A DNA stretch of 64,000 bases from the NCBI GenBank assembly GCA_020724805.1, contig DYGI01000001.1:175157-239156 (forward strand), given 5' to 3'. The notes under the pieces were generated by a model. That model was not told the origin of the DNA, made no database searches, and saw only the letters and a program-made list of their open reading frames with translations. Source of the stretch: Candidatus Microgenomatus sp. Lineage in GTDB: Bacteria > Patescibacteriota > Minisyncoccia > UBA6257 > GWB1-50-10. Shown here one piece after another: positions 54,743-64,000 of the stretch (positions are counted from its first letter, which is position 1; every line of letters starts with the position of its first letter). The translations under genes and the position numbers were made by a program.

Positions 54743-54765
54743 AAGCCGCCGTAAGGCGGTTTTAT
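54743..54765 (+). terminator. terminator after tRNA-Asn
   Basis: aagccgcc-gtaa-ggcggtttta. Confidence 0.55.
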
Positions 54766-54955
54766 ATTTCCGAGCGCAGCCCCCGGGCATCTGAGCGAAG
54801 CGAGGATACCAGGGGAGCACGGGCGCTTTTGTTATTGAAACGAGGCGAACCCGGGCAAGCGTAGCGCACCCAGCGGAGCAAAACAAAAATATCCTGCCTT
54901 GTGCGGCATCCCCATAGGTCGCCGTTTTTTCATACGAAGGGTATAAAATGAGAAC

Positions 54956-55996
54956 ATGAAAGATGATTTTTCGGTGGCGAGGGTGACCGCCGAGCATAAA
55001 GGCGCCTATCGCGTGAAGAACGAACGAGGCGATTTTTACGCCACGATTACGGGCGCATGGATGTTCCGCGCCTCTTCGCGGGAGGATTATCCCGCCCTGG
55101 GTGATTGGGTAGCAATCACCGAGCTTGGAAACGAACGCGCGGTTATTGAGAAAATCATTCCGAGAAAAACGATTATCAAGAGGAAACGCGCCCGCGCGGA
55201 CGAGGTGCAGGTCATCGCGGCGAACGTTGACGTGGCTTTCGTGGTGGAGTCGGTGGACCGGGACTATAACCTGAACCGGTTTGAACGGTATTTCGCCCTG
55301 GCGCGCGACGGGGGAATACAGCCCGCCATCGTGCTCAATAAAACCGACCTCATCTCATCGGAGGAACGGGACGAAAAGACGGCTGAGATAAAACATAGAT
55401 TTCCTGACGTTGACGTGATCCTGACCAGCACGGTGAATGACGAGGGACTTTCTGCACTCCGAAATTATATAGAGAAAGGGAAGACCTACTGCTTTTTGGG
55501 CTCGTCGGGTGTGGGGAAGTCCACGCTCATCAATAAACTGCTCGGGAAGGACACTATTAAGACGGAGCGTATCAGTACGGCGACGGGGAAAGGGAAACAC
55601 GTGACGACGGCGCGGCAGATGTACTTTTTGGAGAACGGCAGTTCGACTTCGCTCACCGCAGGCGGCATCGTGATAGACAACCCCGGGATGCGGGAAGTGG
55701 GGATGGCGGACACGGGAGAAGGCGTCGACGATTTCTTTGGCGAAATAACCGCGCTCGCCGCGCAATGTAAATATGTTGACTGCACGCATATGCGCGAGCC
55801 CGGGTGCGCGGTGCGCGCGGCGGTGCAATCCGGTGCGCTCGATGAGGCGCAATATTCCAACTATCTCAACCTGAAAAAAGAAGCCGCGTATTATGAGATG
55901 AACAAATCGGAGAAAAGAGAAAAGGACCGGCAGTTTGGGAAATTCATCAAGCGGGCGAAGGACGAGTTAAAAAGAATTGGGCGGGGAAATTTGTGA
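54956..55996 (+). CDS. rsgA: ribosome small-subunit-dependent GTPase A
   Basis: 346 aa. OB-fold N-terminus; circularly permuted GTPase (LNKTDL before FLGSSGVGKSTLINKL); C-terminal zinc-finger CKYVDCTHMREPGCAV. Confidence 0.85.
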   Translation: MKDDFSVARVTAEHKGAYRVKNERGDFYATITGAWMFRASSREDYPALGDWVAITELGNERAVIEKIIPRKTIIKRKRARADEVQVIAANVDVAFVVESVDRDYNLNRFERYFALARDGGIQPAIVLNKTDLISSEERDEKTAEIKHRFPDVDVILTSTVNDEGLSALRNYIEKGKTYCFLGSSGVGKSTLINKLLGKDTIKTERISTATGKGKHVTTARQMYFLENGSSTSLTAGGIVIDNPGMREVGMADTGEGVDDFFGEITALAAQCKYVDCTHMREPGCAVRAAVQSGALDEAQYSNYLNLKKEAAYYEMNKSEKREKDRQFGKFIKRAKDELKRIGRGNL

Positions 55997-56112
55997 TACG
56001 ATTTTTCATATGAATATAATCAAAATAAGTCTCATAGGATGAATAGGTCTAATACGTGGGAAACAAAAAACACCCCTCGATACACTTAGGGCGTTTTTTG
56101 TTTTAAGAATTG

Positions 56113-56370
56113 TTAGGACAGGTGGTTCGATACGAGCTTGGTCATCTCGAACATATTGACCGTCGCCTTGCCGCCGAACACTTCCTTCAACTTCGCGTCA
56201 GCGTTGATGTTCCGCTTGTTCGAAGGGTCCTGCAGGTTGTGCTTCTTGATGTACTCCCAGAGCTTCTTCACGACCTCGGAGCGGGGCATCGGACCCTCGC
56301 CGACCACTGCCGCGAGCGCTGCATCCACCTGCATCGGCTTCATGAACGCGGAATTCGCTTTTCCTGGCAT
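56113..56370 (-). CDS. SWIB/MDM2 domain protein
   Basis: ORF trimmed to MPGKANSAFMKPMQVDAALAAVVGEGPMPRSEVVKKLWEYIKKHNLQDPSNKRNINADAKLKEVFG, which covers the whole SWIB fold. Confidence 0.6.
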   Translation of the reverse strand: MPGKANSAFMKPMQVDAALAAVVGEGPMPRSEVVKKLWEYIKKHNLQDPSNKRNINADAKLKEVFGGKATVNMFEMTKLVSNHLS

Positions 56371-56449
56371 AGGATTATCTATAAATGTATGTTGGGTGAC
56401 CTTTATACAAGGGTAGCAAATAAGGGGGAAATAGCAAATGGCGGAGGTT

Positions 56450-57469
56450 TCATAGGTATTTCCCTGCAATGACTCGGAAAAGCTTTTCGGCGTAGATCTC
56501 GTTCAGCGGTGCCGACGGATGGTTGTCGAAGCGGTTGATGGTAAAGTGGCCATCCGGGAAGTTGGAAAGAATCTCCTCCTCGTAGTTGTGGGTCACAAAG
56601 CCAATATCTTTCGCCGCCGTCTCCGCCTGGCGAACCGCCGCAAGATATGTGGCAACCCGTTCGTCCGGGTTCGCATAGTCAACCGGCCGGTCGAAGTAGA
56701 CGCTGTGGTTCAAGACCGCGAATAGAGGAGGCGGCAACCGCCGTTCGTCAGAAATTTTCATGATGCCATTCAGGGAATCGAGGAACACGTGCCAGTCGGG
56801 CGAATCTTCAGTATAAGACTCCCTTATCAAACTTAACCACGACGGGGTGCGTCCCAACTTTTCCTCGACACTGAAGAAAGATTTTCGGAAAAGCCGGCCC
56901 CAGTAGTAAAGTTTTGCGTCGGTGGAGGCATTGAGAACAGACGACAATAGTTTAGTGTCGGTTGGCGGGAGACTTCCGTTTCGGTTGTTGCACTGTGTGT
57001 CGTTTGAGACATATCCGACGACGATGAGATCCGGTTCCACTGCGGAGATGTATTTGGTGAGCGTATCAAACTCGGCTTTCGTGCACGCACCTTCCCTGCC
57101 GAAGTTTACCACCTCAAATTTTTTACCCAACGCGGTTTCGTTCAGTTTGTGTTCCAAAATGTTCGTGAATCGCTCTTCAGGCGCGAGGCCTGTACCGAAA
57201 ACGAAAGAATCGCCGAGGACCATGATACGGTATGTGCCATCGGGTTTCGGGATCTCAAAATCACGGTCGCGGAACCCCAACTTATTGAGGATCACGGGAT
57301 GACCCCACGTATAGAACGTTTCGCCGATTCTGCCGTTCGGCAGGATGGTTTCCGCGTCGAGCGCCCTCATGCTCCAATCGGTTACGTAAAAGAGCGACAC
57401 GACGAGCGCGAGGCTGAGGGTGGTTTTGAGCGCAAGCACTTTGAATCGGTCACCTGCCATCATTTTCAT
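56450..57469 (-). CDS. SGNH/GDSL-family hydrolase, secreted
   Basis: 339 aa. N-terminal signal/TM; block I IMVLGDSFVFG (GDS(L)-like nucleophile Ser). Confidence 0.55.
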   Translation of the reverse strand: MKMMAGDRFKVLALKTTLSLALVVSLFYVTDWSMRALDAETILPNGRIGETFYTWGHPVILNKLGFRDRDFEIPKPDGTYRIMVLGDSFVFGTGLAPEERFTNILEHKLNETALGKKFEVVNFGREGACTKAEFDTLTKYISAVEPDLIVVGYVSNDTQCNNRNGSLPPTDTKLLSSVLNASTDAKLYYWGRLFRKSFFSVEEKLGRTPSWLSLIRESYTEDSPDWHVFLDSLNGIMKISDERRLPPPLFAVLNHSVYFDRPVDYANPDERVATYLAAVRQAETAAKDIGFVTHNYEEEILSNFPDGHFTINRFDNHPSAPLNEIYAEKLFRVIAGKYL

Positions 57470-57518
57470 ACTACATCAAGTCGCTTGCTGCGTGAGCGAC
57501 TTATTTTTTGATACCATT

Positions 57519-57986
57519 ATGATAATGACAAAAAAGTTATTGATAGCGGCAGGAGTCGTGATAGTGCTTGGGGTGGCGTACTGGCTTATCTCTCCACTCT
57601 TTATTGATGTTGAGGTGAGCGAATCATTAACAGACATTGAAGTGGATAACGCGGAAATGGCCCAAGCGCCTGAAATAGTAAGGCAAGGGACCTTCGTGTC
57701 GCTCGCAGGGCACTCCGCGGAGGGCACCGCGACCCTCGTGAAGGCGGGGGAGAAGTACTATGTGCGGTTCGAAGACGACTTTGAGATGACGAACGGTCCC
57801 GACCTCTTCGTCCACTTCGGGAAAAACGACGCCTATGCCATTGAGGCACGCCTTGGGGCCCTGAAGGGGAACATCGGGAGCCAGAATTACGAGGTTCCGG
57901 AGGGAATAGACCCTCTCCAATACGAGGATGTGTGGGTGTGGTGCCGGGCTTTTGCCGTGCCGTTCGGGAAAGCTACCCTCAAATAG
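57519..57986 (+). CDS. DM13 domain protein with N-terminal membrane anchor
   Basis: ORF 57420 trimmed to MIMTKKLL... GTFVSLAGHSAEGTATLVKAGEKYYVRFEDDFEMTNGPDLFVHFGKN matches the DM13 domain. Confidence 0.55.
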   Translation: MIMTKKLLIAAGVVIVLGVAYWLISPLFIDVEVSESLTDIEVDNAEMAQAPEIVRQGTFVSLAGHSAEGTATLVKAGEKYYVRFEDDFEMTNGPDLFVHFGKNDAYAIEARLGALKGNIGSQNYEVPEGIDPLQYEDVWVWCRAFAVPFGKATLK

Positions 57987-58155
57987 GTCTAATAGGCCCG
58001 ATAAGAAGAACAGGTCTGATGGGAAGTTGACCGTGGCGCTAAAACATCGCGGAATTTTTTGTTGTCCACTATTGACGGTGTATTGAGGGGAGGGATAGGG
58101 TATACCCACGCAACTTAAAATCACTCATATCAATCAGAAAGGTAGGTGAAAACCT

Positions 58156-60888
58156 ATGGAAGCAACGAGAGAGAGCACTCCCACAACGGCGAGTGCACAG
58201 AAACGCGGCAACGGGGTGCGCGGATTGAAATTTTCGCGCTACTTTACGAAGCCGAACATTCATCCGTTCGATCAAATCGAATGGGAGAAGCGCGACGCCG
58301 TCATCACGAACGAGAAGGGTGTGAAGGTGTTCGAGCAGAAGGACGTGGAGATACCCAAAAGCTGGTCCATGACCGCGACGAACGTGGTCGTGTCCAAATA
58401 TTTCCACGGTGCGCTTGGAACTCCTGCACGCGAAACGAGCGTGAAGCAGCTCGTCGAGCGCGTGGCGAAGACTTATCTCGCATGGGGGAAGCGTCGCAAC
58501 TACTTCGCAACCGACGAAGATGCCGAGATCTTTTACCAAGAGCTCGTGTATCTCCTGGTGAACCAATACATGGCATTCAACAGCCCTGTGTGGTTCAACG
58601 TCGGCGCGGAAGAGAGGCCGCAATGTTCCGCGTGCTTCATCAACTCCGTCCAAGATTCGATGGAATCCATTTTGGATCTCGCGAAGACGGAAGGCATGCT
58701 CTTCAAGTGGGGATCGGGAACCGGTTCGAATCTTTCCACGTTGCGTTCTTCAAAAGAACGTTTGTCGCGTGGTGGCGTTCCTTCGGGTCCGGTCTCTTTC
58801 ATGCGTGGATATGATGCGTTTGCGGGTGTCATCAAGTCGGGCGGCACGACACGTCGCGCGGCAAAAATGGTCATCTTGAACGCGGACCATCCCGACATCA
58901 TGGATTTCATTCGTTGCAAAGCGGATGAAGAGAAGAAGGCGTGGGTGCTGATCGACAATGGATACGATGGTGGATTCAACGTGCCGGGCGGCGCGTATGA
59001 CACCATCGCGTTCCAGAACGCGAACCACTCCGTCCGCGTGACCGATGAATTCATGAAGGCGGTCATCGAGGACAAGGAATGGATTACCCGCGCCGTGACG
59101 AGCGGCACCGAGGTGGAGAAGCTCCGGGCGCGCGACATGATGCGCCAGATCGCCGATGCGGCGTGGATATGCGGAGATCCCGGCATGCAGTACCACACGC
59201 TTATCAACGGTTGGCACACGTGTCCGAACACCGCGCCCATCAATGCCTCCAACCCCTGCAGTGAATATATGTTCTTGGACGATACCGCTTGCAATCTGGC
59301 GTCCTTGAATCTCATGATGTTCCGGCGGAAGAACGGGTCGTTCCACGTCGAGAAATTCCGGCGCGCGGTATGCATTACCATCACCGCGATGGAGATATCC
59401 GTGGACAATTCCAGCTATCCGACTCCTCGGATAACGGAGAATTCCCACGAGTATCGACCGCTTGGACTCGGCTACGCGAACCTCGGCGCGCTTTTGATGG
59501 CGCGGGGATATGCGTACGATTCGGACGAAGGGCGTGCGCTTGCGGCGGTGATTACTTCACTCATGACCGGCGAAGCGTATGCGCAGTCGGCGCGGATTGC
59601 GGAGGTGAAAGGCCCATTCAACGGCTTTACGCCAAACCGCGAACCGATGCTTGCGGTGCTTGCGAAGCACTGTGCACATGCCGAAGGCATCAACGCGACG
59701 CTCGTGCCCGCAGATCTTTGGGCCGCATCCGTGGAGTCGTGGAAGACCGCGATTGCGATCGGCGCCGAACACGGAATCCGAAACTCGCAGGCAACAGTTC
59801 TCGCACCCACCGGCACCATCGGTTTCATGATGGATTGCGATACGACCGGCGTGGAGCCCGACATTGCGCTTGTGAAGTACAAGAAGCTCGTGGGCGGCGG
59901 CTCGATGAAGTTGGTGAACCAGACGGTTCCGGAAGCGCTTGCGAAGCTCGGATATGACGAGGCGCAGGTGCAGGATATCATCGGGTACATCGATGAGCAC
60001 GACACCATCGAAGGGGCGCCACATCTGAAGCCGGAGCATCTCCCCGTGTTTGACTGCGCGTTCAAGCCCGAGAAAGGCGAACGCTCCATTCACTACATGG
60101 GACATGTCCGTATGATGGGTGCGGTGCAGCCGTTCTTGTCGGGCGCGATATCGAAGACCGTCAATATGCCGAATAACGCGACGGTGGAAGATATCGAGAA
60201 CGCATACCTCGAAGCGTGGAAGCTGGGGCTCAAAGCCATCGCAATCTATCGCGATGGTTGCAAAAAGACCCAACCGCTTTCCACGTCGCGTGATACGAGC
60301 GGCAAAGTCGTTCCGAAACCGGTGCGCCGCCATCTCCCGGATACGCGGGAATCGGTCACGCATAAGTTCTCTATTGTCGGTCACGAAGGATACGTTACGA
60401 TCGGCATGTTTGAGGACGGCTCTCCCGGTGAGATGTTCATCACGATGTCCAAGGAAGGTTCCACCATTTCGGGCCTTATGGACTCGTTCGCGACCCAGAC
60501 CTCCATTGCGTGGCAGTATGGCGTTCCACTCGATGTGATGGTGAGGAAGTTCAGCCACGCTCGGTACGAACCTTCGGGATTCACTACCAATCCGGAGATT
60601 CAGATCGCCAAATCGATTACCGATTATATTTTCCGCTGGCTCGGGAAATATTTCGGTGTTGAGGAGGAGACCATGCGTGAACAGCCGACTCTCGCGAACG
60701 GAGCGCCTCCTGTGCCTCCTGTGCAGGAACAGGCGAAAAACGTCACTGAAGAACAGAAAGCGCATGAACATCGCGTTTTTGTTCAGCAAGCCGACGCGCC
60801 TCCGTGTTCCGAATGCGGCGCCATCATGGTGCGTGGCGGCAGTTGTTATAAGTGTTTGGAATGCGGTTCCACTTCCGGATGCTCTTAA
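58156..60888 (+). CDS. nrdJ: adenosylcobalamin-dependent ribonucleoside-diphosphate reductase (class II RNR)
   Basis: 910 aa. Active-site Cys motifs QCSACFINSV and SNPCSEY; C-terminal zinc ribbon CSECGAIMVRGGSCYKCLECGSTSGC. SD aggtagg upstream. Confidence 0.9.
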   Translation: MEATRESTPTTASAQKRGNGVRGLKFSRYFTKPNIHPFDQIEWEKRDAVITNEKGVKVFEQKDVEIPKSWSMTATNVVVSKYFHGALGTPARETSVKQLVERVAKTYLAWGKRRNYFATDEDAEIFYQELVYLLVNQYMAFNSPVWFNVGAEERPQCSACFINSVQDSMESILDLAKTEGMLFKWGSGTGSNLSTLRSSKERLSRGGVPSGPVSFMRGYDAFAGVIKSGGTTRRAAKMVILNADHPDIMDFIRCKADEEKKAWVLIDNGYDGGFNVPGGAYDTIAFQNANHSVRVTDEFMKAVIEDKEWITRAVTSGTEVEKLRARDMMRQIADAAWICGDPGMQYHTLINGWHTCPNTAPINASNPCSEYMFLDDTACNLASLNLMMFRRKNGSFHVEKFRRAVCITITAMEISVDNSSYPTPRITENSHEYRPLGLGYANLGALLMARGYAYDSDEGRALAAVITSLMTGEAYAQSARIAEVKGPFNGFTPNREPMLAVLAKHCAHAEGINATLVPADLWAASVESWKTAIAIGAEHGIRNSQATVLAPTGTIGFMMDCDTTGVEPDIALVKYKKLVGGGSMKLVNQTVPEALAKLGYDEAQVQDIIGYIDEHDTIEGAPHLKPEHLPVFDCAFKPEKGERSIHYMGHVRMMGAVQPFLSGAISKTVNMPNNATVEDIENAYLEAWKLGLKAIAIYRDGCKKTQPLSTSRDTSGKVVPKPVRRHLPDTRESVTHKFSIVGHEGYVTIGMFEDGSPGEMFITMSKEGSTISGLMDSFATQTSIAWQYGVPLDVMVRKFSHARYEPSGFTTNPEIQIAKSITDYIFRWLGKYFGVEEETMREQPTLANGAPPVPPVQEQAKNVTEEQKAHEHRVFVQQADAPPCSECGAIMVRGGSCYKCLECGSTSGCS

Positions 60889-60919
60889 CGGCCACCTTCC
60901 TGATTCATTTCATCCCCCC

Positions 60920-60952
60920 GAGGGGCGACATCCGTCGCCCCTCTCTTTTTTC
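60920..60952 (+). terminator. rho-independent terminator after nrdJ
   Basis: gaggggcgac-atcc-gtcgcccctc then tcttttttct. Confidence 0.75.
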
Positions 60953-60960
60953 TAAAAAAG

Positions 60961-60969
60961 TGATATAAT
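60961..60969 (+). promoter_or_regulatory. extended -10 promoter element (TGnTATAAT) for the efflux operon
   Basis: tgatataat, 9 nt upstream of the small-ORF ATG at 60979. Confidence 0.45.
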
Positions 60970-60978
60970 GCCCGTAAT

Positions 60979-61062
60979 ATGTTCGCCCATCTCGAGTTTT
61001 GGGTGTTCGTTATCGCGGGACTGCTCCTCGCATACCTTGGCTATACCGCGTTTGTGAGCTGA
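60979..61062 (+). CDS. 27-aa hydrophobic peptide, (near-)leaderless, candidate
   Basis: MFAHLEFWVFVIAGLLLAYLGYTAFVS. Stop lies 5 nt before the MFP start. Too short for the ORF track. Confidence 0.25.
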   Translation: MFAHLEFWVFVIAGLLLAYLGYTAFVS

Positions 61063-61067
61063 AACCT

Positions 61068-62666
61068 ATGCAGCACCCAGTGCCGACCCATCATCCGCAT
61101 CCCAAACGACGGCGTAAGTGGCTGTGGGTGGTTGGTGTTCTCGCGATAGGTGCGGGCGTGCTCGCCGCATACGCGTTTGGAGGAAATGAGCCGCGACCCG
61201 AGGAGGTTGAAGTGACGCGCGGCACCGTGGTGGAAACCGTGTCGGTTACCGGGCGAGTAAAGCCGGCATCGAGCGTAGACCTTGCATTCGAGCGGAGCGG
61301 AAAAATAGCGCGAGTACTTGCGAAAGTGGGGGATCGTGTAGAAGCGCGTGTCGCGCTCGTCGAACTTTCGGCCGACGATCTTCGCGCGGAAGTTCGGGAA
61401 GCCGAAGCGCAGGTTGCGACTGAAACCGCAAATCTGGAAGCGCTGACGCGCGGAACCCGTCCGGAAGAAATTACGGTGAAAAATGCGGAAGTTGCGAAAG
61501 TGGAACAGGATCTCGCAAACTATTACACCGCCGCGCTTGTGATTGTGGAAGATGCCTACGCGAAGGCGGACGACGCGGTGAGGGTGAAGACCGATGCGTT
61601 ATTTTCGAATGACGATACTTCCACACTCTCACTGACCTTCAGCGTGTCCGATTCTCAAGCGCAAGGCGATGTGGTGGACCTGCGGCGCCGTGCGGGAACG
61701 ACTCTCGGTACGTGGAATGCGGAATTGCGAAACGTGCGTGCATCCACCACGCCCTCCTCCGTTTCCGCGCTTCTTATTTCGTCGGCCACTCATCTTGCGT
61801 TGGTGCGCGACTACCTTGCCCGTGCGGTGGACGCGGTGAATTTTTCGGTGGGACTCACGCAAGCTACTGCGGATGCATATCGGGGAGATATCACCACGGG
61901 ACGTACCAATGTGGCGGCGGCGACCACCGCCGTATCTGGCGCATCACAAAACCTCGCTGCGCAGGCGCTTACCGTGGCACGGGTACGTTCAGAGCTTGCA
62001 CTTCTTACCGCCGGCGCTACTGCTGAAGCGATTTCGGCGCAGCGCGCAAAACTTCTCCAAGCTGAAGCGCGGCGGGACGTGGCGCAGGCCGCGCTCGCAA
62101 AAACCGTTATTACCGCGCCGTTCGCGGGACTCGTAACTAAGCAGGATGCGGAGGTGGGGGAGATTGTGGCGGCGAATACGCCGCTCGTGTCGCTCATTGC
62201 CGAGCGCTCACTCGAGATAGAGGCATTCATCCCGGAAGTGGACGTGGGAAAAGTGTCGGTCGGCAATACGGCGGCCGTTACTTTTGACGCATACGGAGCG
62301 GCGCGCGTGTTTAGTGTGCGGGTCGGGCAAATAGAGCCGGCCGAGACCGTAGTGGAAGGAGTAGCTACCTATCGCACGGTGTTCCATTTTGCGGATAGCG
62401 ATCGAGAGGCATATGAGCTCATAAAATCCGGCATGACCGCGGATCTTGAAATAGAGACCGCACGACGCGAGAACGTACTTATGGTCCCGTTCCGCGCGCT
62501 TCGCGAACGGAACGGCGGAGGGTGGTTTGCATATTTTGTCGGTCGCGAAGGGGCCCTCACCGAGCGCGGCGTGTTGATAGGACTTCGCGGCACCGATGGA
62601 ACCGTCGAAGTGAGGGAAGGGCTTTCGGAGGGAGATACGATCGTGGCGGCCCCACCTCGCGAATAA
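61068..62666 (+). CDS. efflux transporter periplasmic adaptor (HlyD/membrane-fusion-protein family, MacA-like)
   Basis: ORF 60999 trimmed to MQHPVP. N-terminal TM; biotinyl/lipoyl-like beta-hairpins (GTVVETVSVTGRVKP...VDLAFERSGKIARVLAKVGDRV) flanking a long coiled coil. Confidence 0.75.
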   Translation: MQHPVPTHHPHPKRRRKWLWVVGVLAIGAGVLAAYAFGGNEPRPEEVEVTRGTVVETVSVTGRVKPASSVDLAFERSGKIARVLAKVGDRVEARVALVELSADDLRAEVREAEAQVATETANLEALTRGTRPEEITVKNAEVAKVEQDLANYYTAALVIVEDAYAKADDAVRVKTDALFSNDDTSTLSLTFSVSDSQAQGDVVDLRRRAGTTLGTWNAELRNVRASTTPSSVSALLISSATHLALVRDYLARAVDAVNFSVGLTQATADAYRGDITTGRTNVAAATTAVSGASQNLAAQALTVARVRSELALLTAGATAEAISAQRAKLLQAEARRDVAQAALAKTVITAPFAGLVTKQDAEVGEIVAANTPLVSLIAERSLEIEAFIPEVDVGKVSVGNTAAVTFDAYGAARVFSVRVGQIEPAETVVEGVATYRTVFHFADSDREAYELIKSGMTADLEIETARRENVLMVPFRALRERNGGGWFAYFVGREGALTERGVLIGLRGTDGTVEVREGLSEGDTIVAAPPRE

Positions 62667-62670
62667 TCCC

Positions 62671-63387
62671 ATGGTGCTCATCGAAGCCCGCGACCTCGAA
62701 AAAACCTATTGGGACGACGGCGTGGTGACCCCGGCACTCCGGGGAGTTTCATTCGATATCAAGAAAGGAGAATTCGTAGCGATCATGGGTCCGTCGGGGT
62801 CGGGCAAGTCCACACTTCTCCATTTGCTTGGATTTCTCGACCGACCGACCAGCGGCTTGTACCGCTTTGACGGCCGCGCGATAGACGAACATTCGGACCA
62901 TGATCTCGCGGAAGTGCGAAATAGGAAAATGGGATTCGTGTTTCAAACGTTCAATCTTCTTCCACGCGCGACCACGTTGGAAAATGTAAAACTTCCACTT
63001 CTTTACTCGGGCATTCCGGAGAAAAAGTGGAATCATATGGCGGAGGAGGCCATCGAAGCGGTGGGGCTTACCCATCGCCTTCACCACGAGTCCTCACAGC
63101 TTTCGGGAGGGGAACGCCAACGGGTGGCGATTGCGCGCGCGTTGGTATTGACCCCGGAGATCATCTTTGCGGATGAACCGACCGGCAATCTTGATTCGAA
63201 ATCGGGTCAGGCGGTAATGAGTATTTTGGAAAAATTGAACCGTACTCGCGGTCACACCATCGTGCTTATCACGCACGAAACCTATACGGCCGAACAGGCG
63301 GAACGCATTCTTCACCTTATGGATGGGGAACTGGTGAAGGACGAAAAGGTCAAAGCGCGGCGCACGAGCGATCACTTTATAAAGTGA
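62671..63387 (+). CDS. ABC transporter ATP-binding protein (MacB/LolD family)
   Basis: 238 aa. Walker [10 protein letters not shown], signature [15 protein letters not shown], Walker [14 protein letters not shown]-loop LITHE. Confidence 0.9.
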   Translation: MVLIEARDLEKTYWDDGVVTPALRGVSFDIKKGEFVAIMGPSGSGKSTLLHLLGFLDRPTSGLYRFDGRAIDEHSDHDLAEVRNRKMGFVFQTFNLLPRATTLENVKLPLLYSGIPEKKWNHMAEEAIEAVGLTHRLHHESSQLSGGERQRVAIARALVLTPEIIFADEPTGNLDSKSGQAVMSILEKLNRTRGHTIVLITHETYTAEQAERILHLMDGELVKDEKVKARRTSDHFIK

Positions 63388-63410
63388 TCATTGATTATTA
63401 ATTATTGACT

Positions 63411-64000
63411 ATGGTATTTCGACGCGCCCTTGGCACCTCGTGGAAAGGTTTGAACACCCACCGAACCCGGTCGGCTTTGACCATACTCGGCATTGTGATA
63501 GGGGTGACCGCCATCATCCTCATCGTGTCCTTGGGCGAGGGCGCACAGGCGCTTATCTTGGGCGAGGTGCAGTCGATTGGGGCGAAGACCATCGCGGTCG
63601 TGCCGGGGCGCGAACCGAAAGGGCCTTCGGATTTTTTAAGCACCTTCACCGACTCTCTGAAGCAGAAAGACATTGATGCGCTCTCGCGCACCACGAACGC
63701 GCCGCATATTTCGAGGATCATGCCGATCGTTTTCGGAAGTCAGAGCGCATCGTATGGCGGAGAGACCTATCGCCCTACCATCTACGGCGCAACGCCGCTC
63801 TTTGCGGACATCTACAATATTGCGCCTGTGGAGGGGCGCATCTTCAATGATGATGAGGTGAGGGGGTATGCGGACGTAGTAATCATCGGAAATAAAGTGG
63901 CGGAGGAACTCTTTGGGAACGAAGAGGCGCTCGGGAAAAGGATACGGATAAAGGAGAAAAGCTTCCGCGTTATCGGCGTGTTGGGCGCCGCCGGCCAATC
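63411..64000 (+). CDS. ABC transporter permease, MacB/FtsX-like (N-terminal part; runs off window)
   Basis: MVFRRALGTSWKGLNTHRTRSALTILGIVIGVTAIILIVSLGEGAQ... is the MacB N-terminal TM1 plus periplasmic-domain start. No stop before nt 64000. Confidence 0.8.
   Translation, partial: MVFRRALGTSWKGLNTHRTRSALTILGIVIGVTAIILIVSLGEGAQALILGEVQSIGAKTIAVVPGREPKGPSDFLSTFTDSLKQKDIDALSRTTNAPHISRIMPIVFGSQSASYGGETYRPTIYGATPLFADIYNIAPVEGRIFNDDEVRGYADVVIIGNKVAEELFGNEEALGKRIRIKEKSFRVIGVLGAAGQ

Noticed and set aside
57480-57510. Hairpin gtcgctt-gctgcgt-gagcgac plus T-tract as a terminator
   Set aside because: It lies in a divergent promoter region (SGNH gene leftwards, DM13 gene rightwards) with no upstream gene on that strand to terminate. 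Possibly a leader structure; not called.
58040-58100. NrdR box upstream of nrdJ
   Set aside because: No 16-bp palindrome of the NrdR type (ACACTATATATAGTGT-like). tccactattgacggtg is not palindromic.
1-64000. CRISPR arrays, IS elements/transposases, integrases, rRNA genes
   Set aside because: None seen: no regularly spaced direct repeats, no DDE/tyrosine-recombinase-like ORFs, no rRNA-like conserved stretches.

Overview
This 64-kb window looks like a bacterial chromosome segment that is moderately GC-rich by eye (a computed GC profile is still needed). The gene content (many glycosyltransferases, O-antigen-ligase/TPR fusions, a type IV pilus PilM/N fusion, a free-standing rRNA intervening-sequence four-helix-bundle gene, SWIB and DM13 domain proteins, six of seven tRNAs without encoded CCA) suggests a Candidate Phyla Radiation / Patescibacteria-like organism. 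The window opens with the rny 3' end, hup, and a minus-strand ECF sigma / anti-sigma-like / secreted coiled-coil operon. A tRNA-rich stretch (Gly, Pro, Arg, Phe, His) follows, carrying a ZIP transporter, an orphan receiver, DedA and a DksA-like gene. Next comes a stress cluster: MgtC, cysteine desulfurase, a SIMPL-like protein, HtrA and clpB. Then come a free-standing rRNA intervening-sequence four-helix-bundle gene, a 1142-aa peptidoglycan-binding surface protein, and two tandem O-antigen-ligase/TPR genes. A roughly 19-kb polysaccharide-biosynthesis island runs from 24.6 to 43.3 kb. It holds five GT4 and two GT2 glycosyltransferases, a CgeB-like protein, an epimerase, two methyltransferases, a B12-radical-SAM enzyme, asnB, a flippase and a priming sugar transferase, and its core looks lower in GC. 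After it sits a thiol-redox module (DsbA-like, two small ORFs, TrxB-like), then pilM/N, pth, lepB, and the conserved hisS-rpsU-yqeY-ybeY-ftsA-ftsZ block. tRNA-Lys and tRNA-Asn, rsgA, SWIB, SGNH and DM13 genes, class II RNR (nrdJ), and a MacAB-like efflux operon running off the window end complete it. No CRISPR array, IS element or rRNA was seen. Two non-coding features stand out. First, three tRNAs (Gly, Phe, Lys) are each followed by a homologous ~150-180-nt element that carries an inverted copy of the tRNA T-arm and ends in a direct copy of the tRNA 3' terminus; tRNA-Arg has a mini version. Second, a CTAG/TAGGG-rich palindromic repeat family with telomere-like CCCTAA(A) arms occurs twice in frame inside the cysteine desulfurase gene, in the clpB 5' UTR, flanking the four-helix-bundle gene, and upstream of the dsbA-like and nrdJ genes. 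Coordinates I derived myself (tRNAs, repeats, terminators, trimmed starts) may be off by 1-2 nt.
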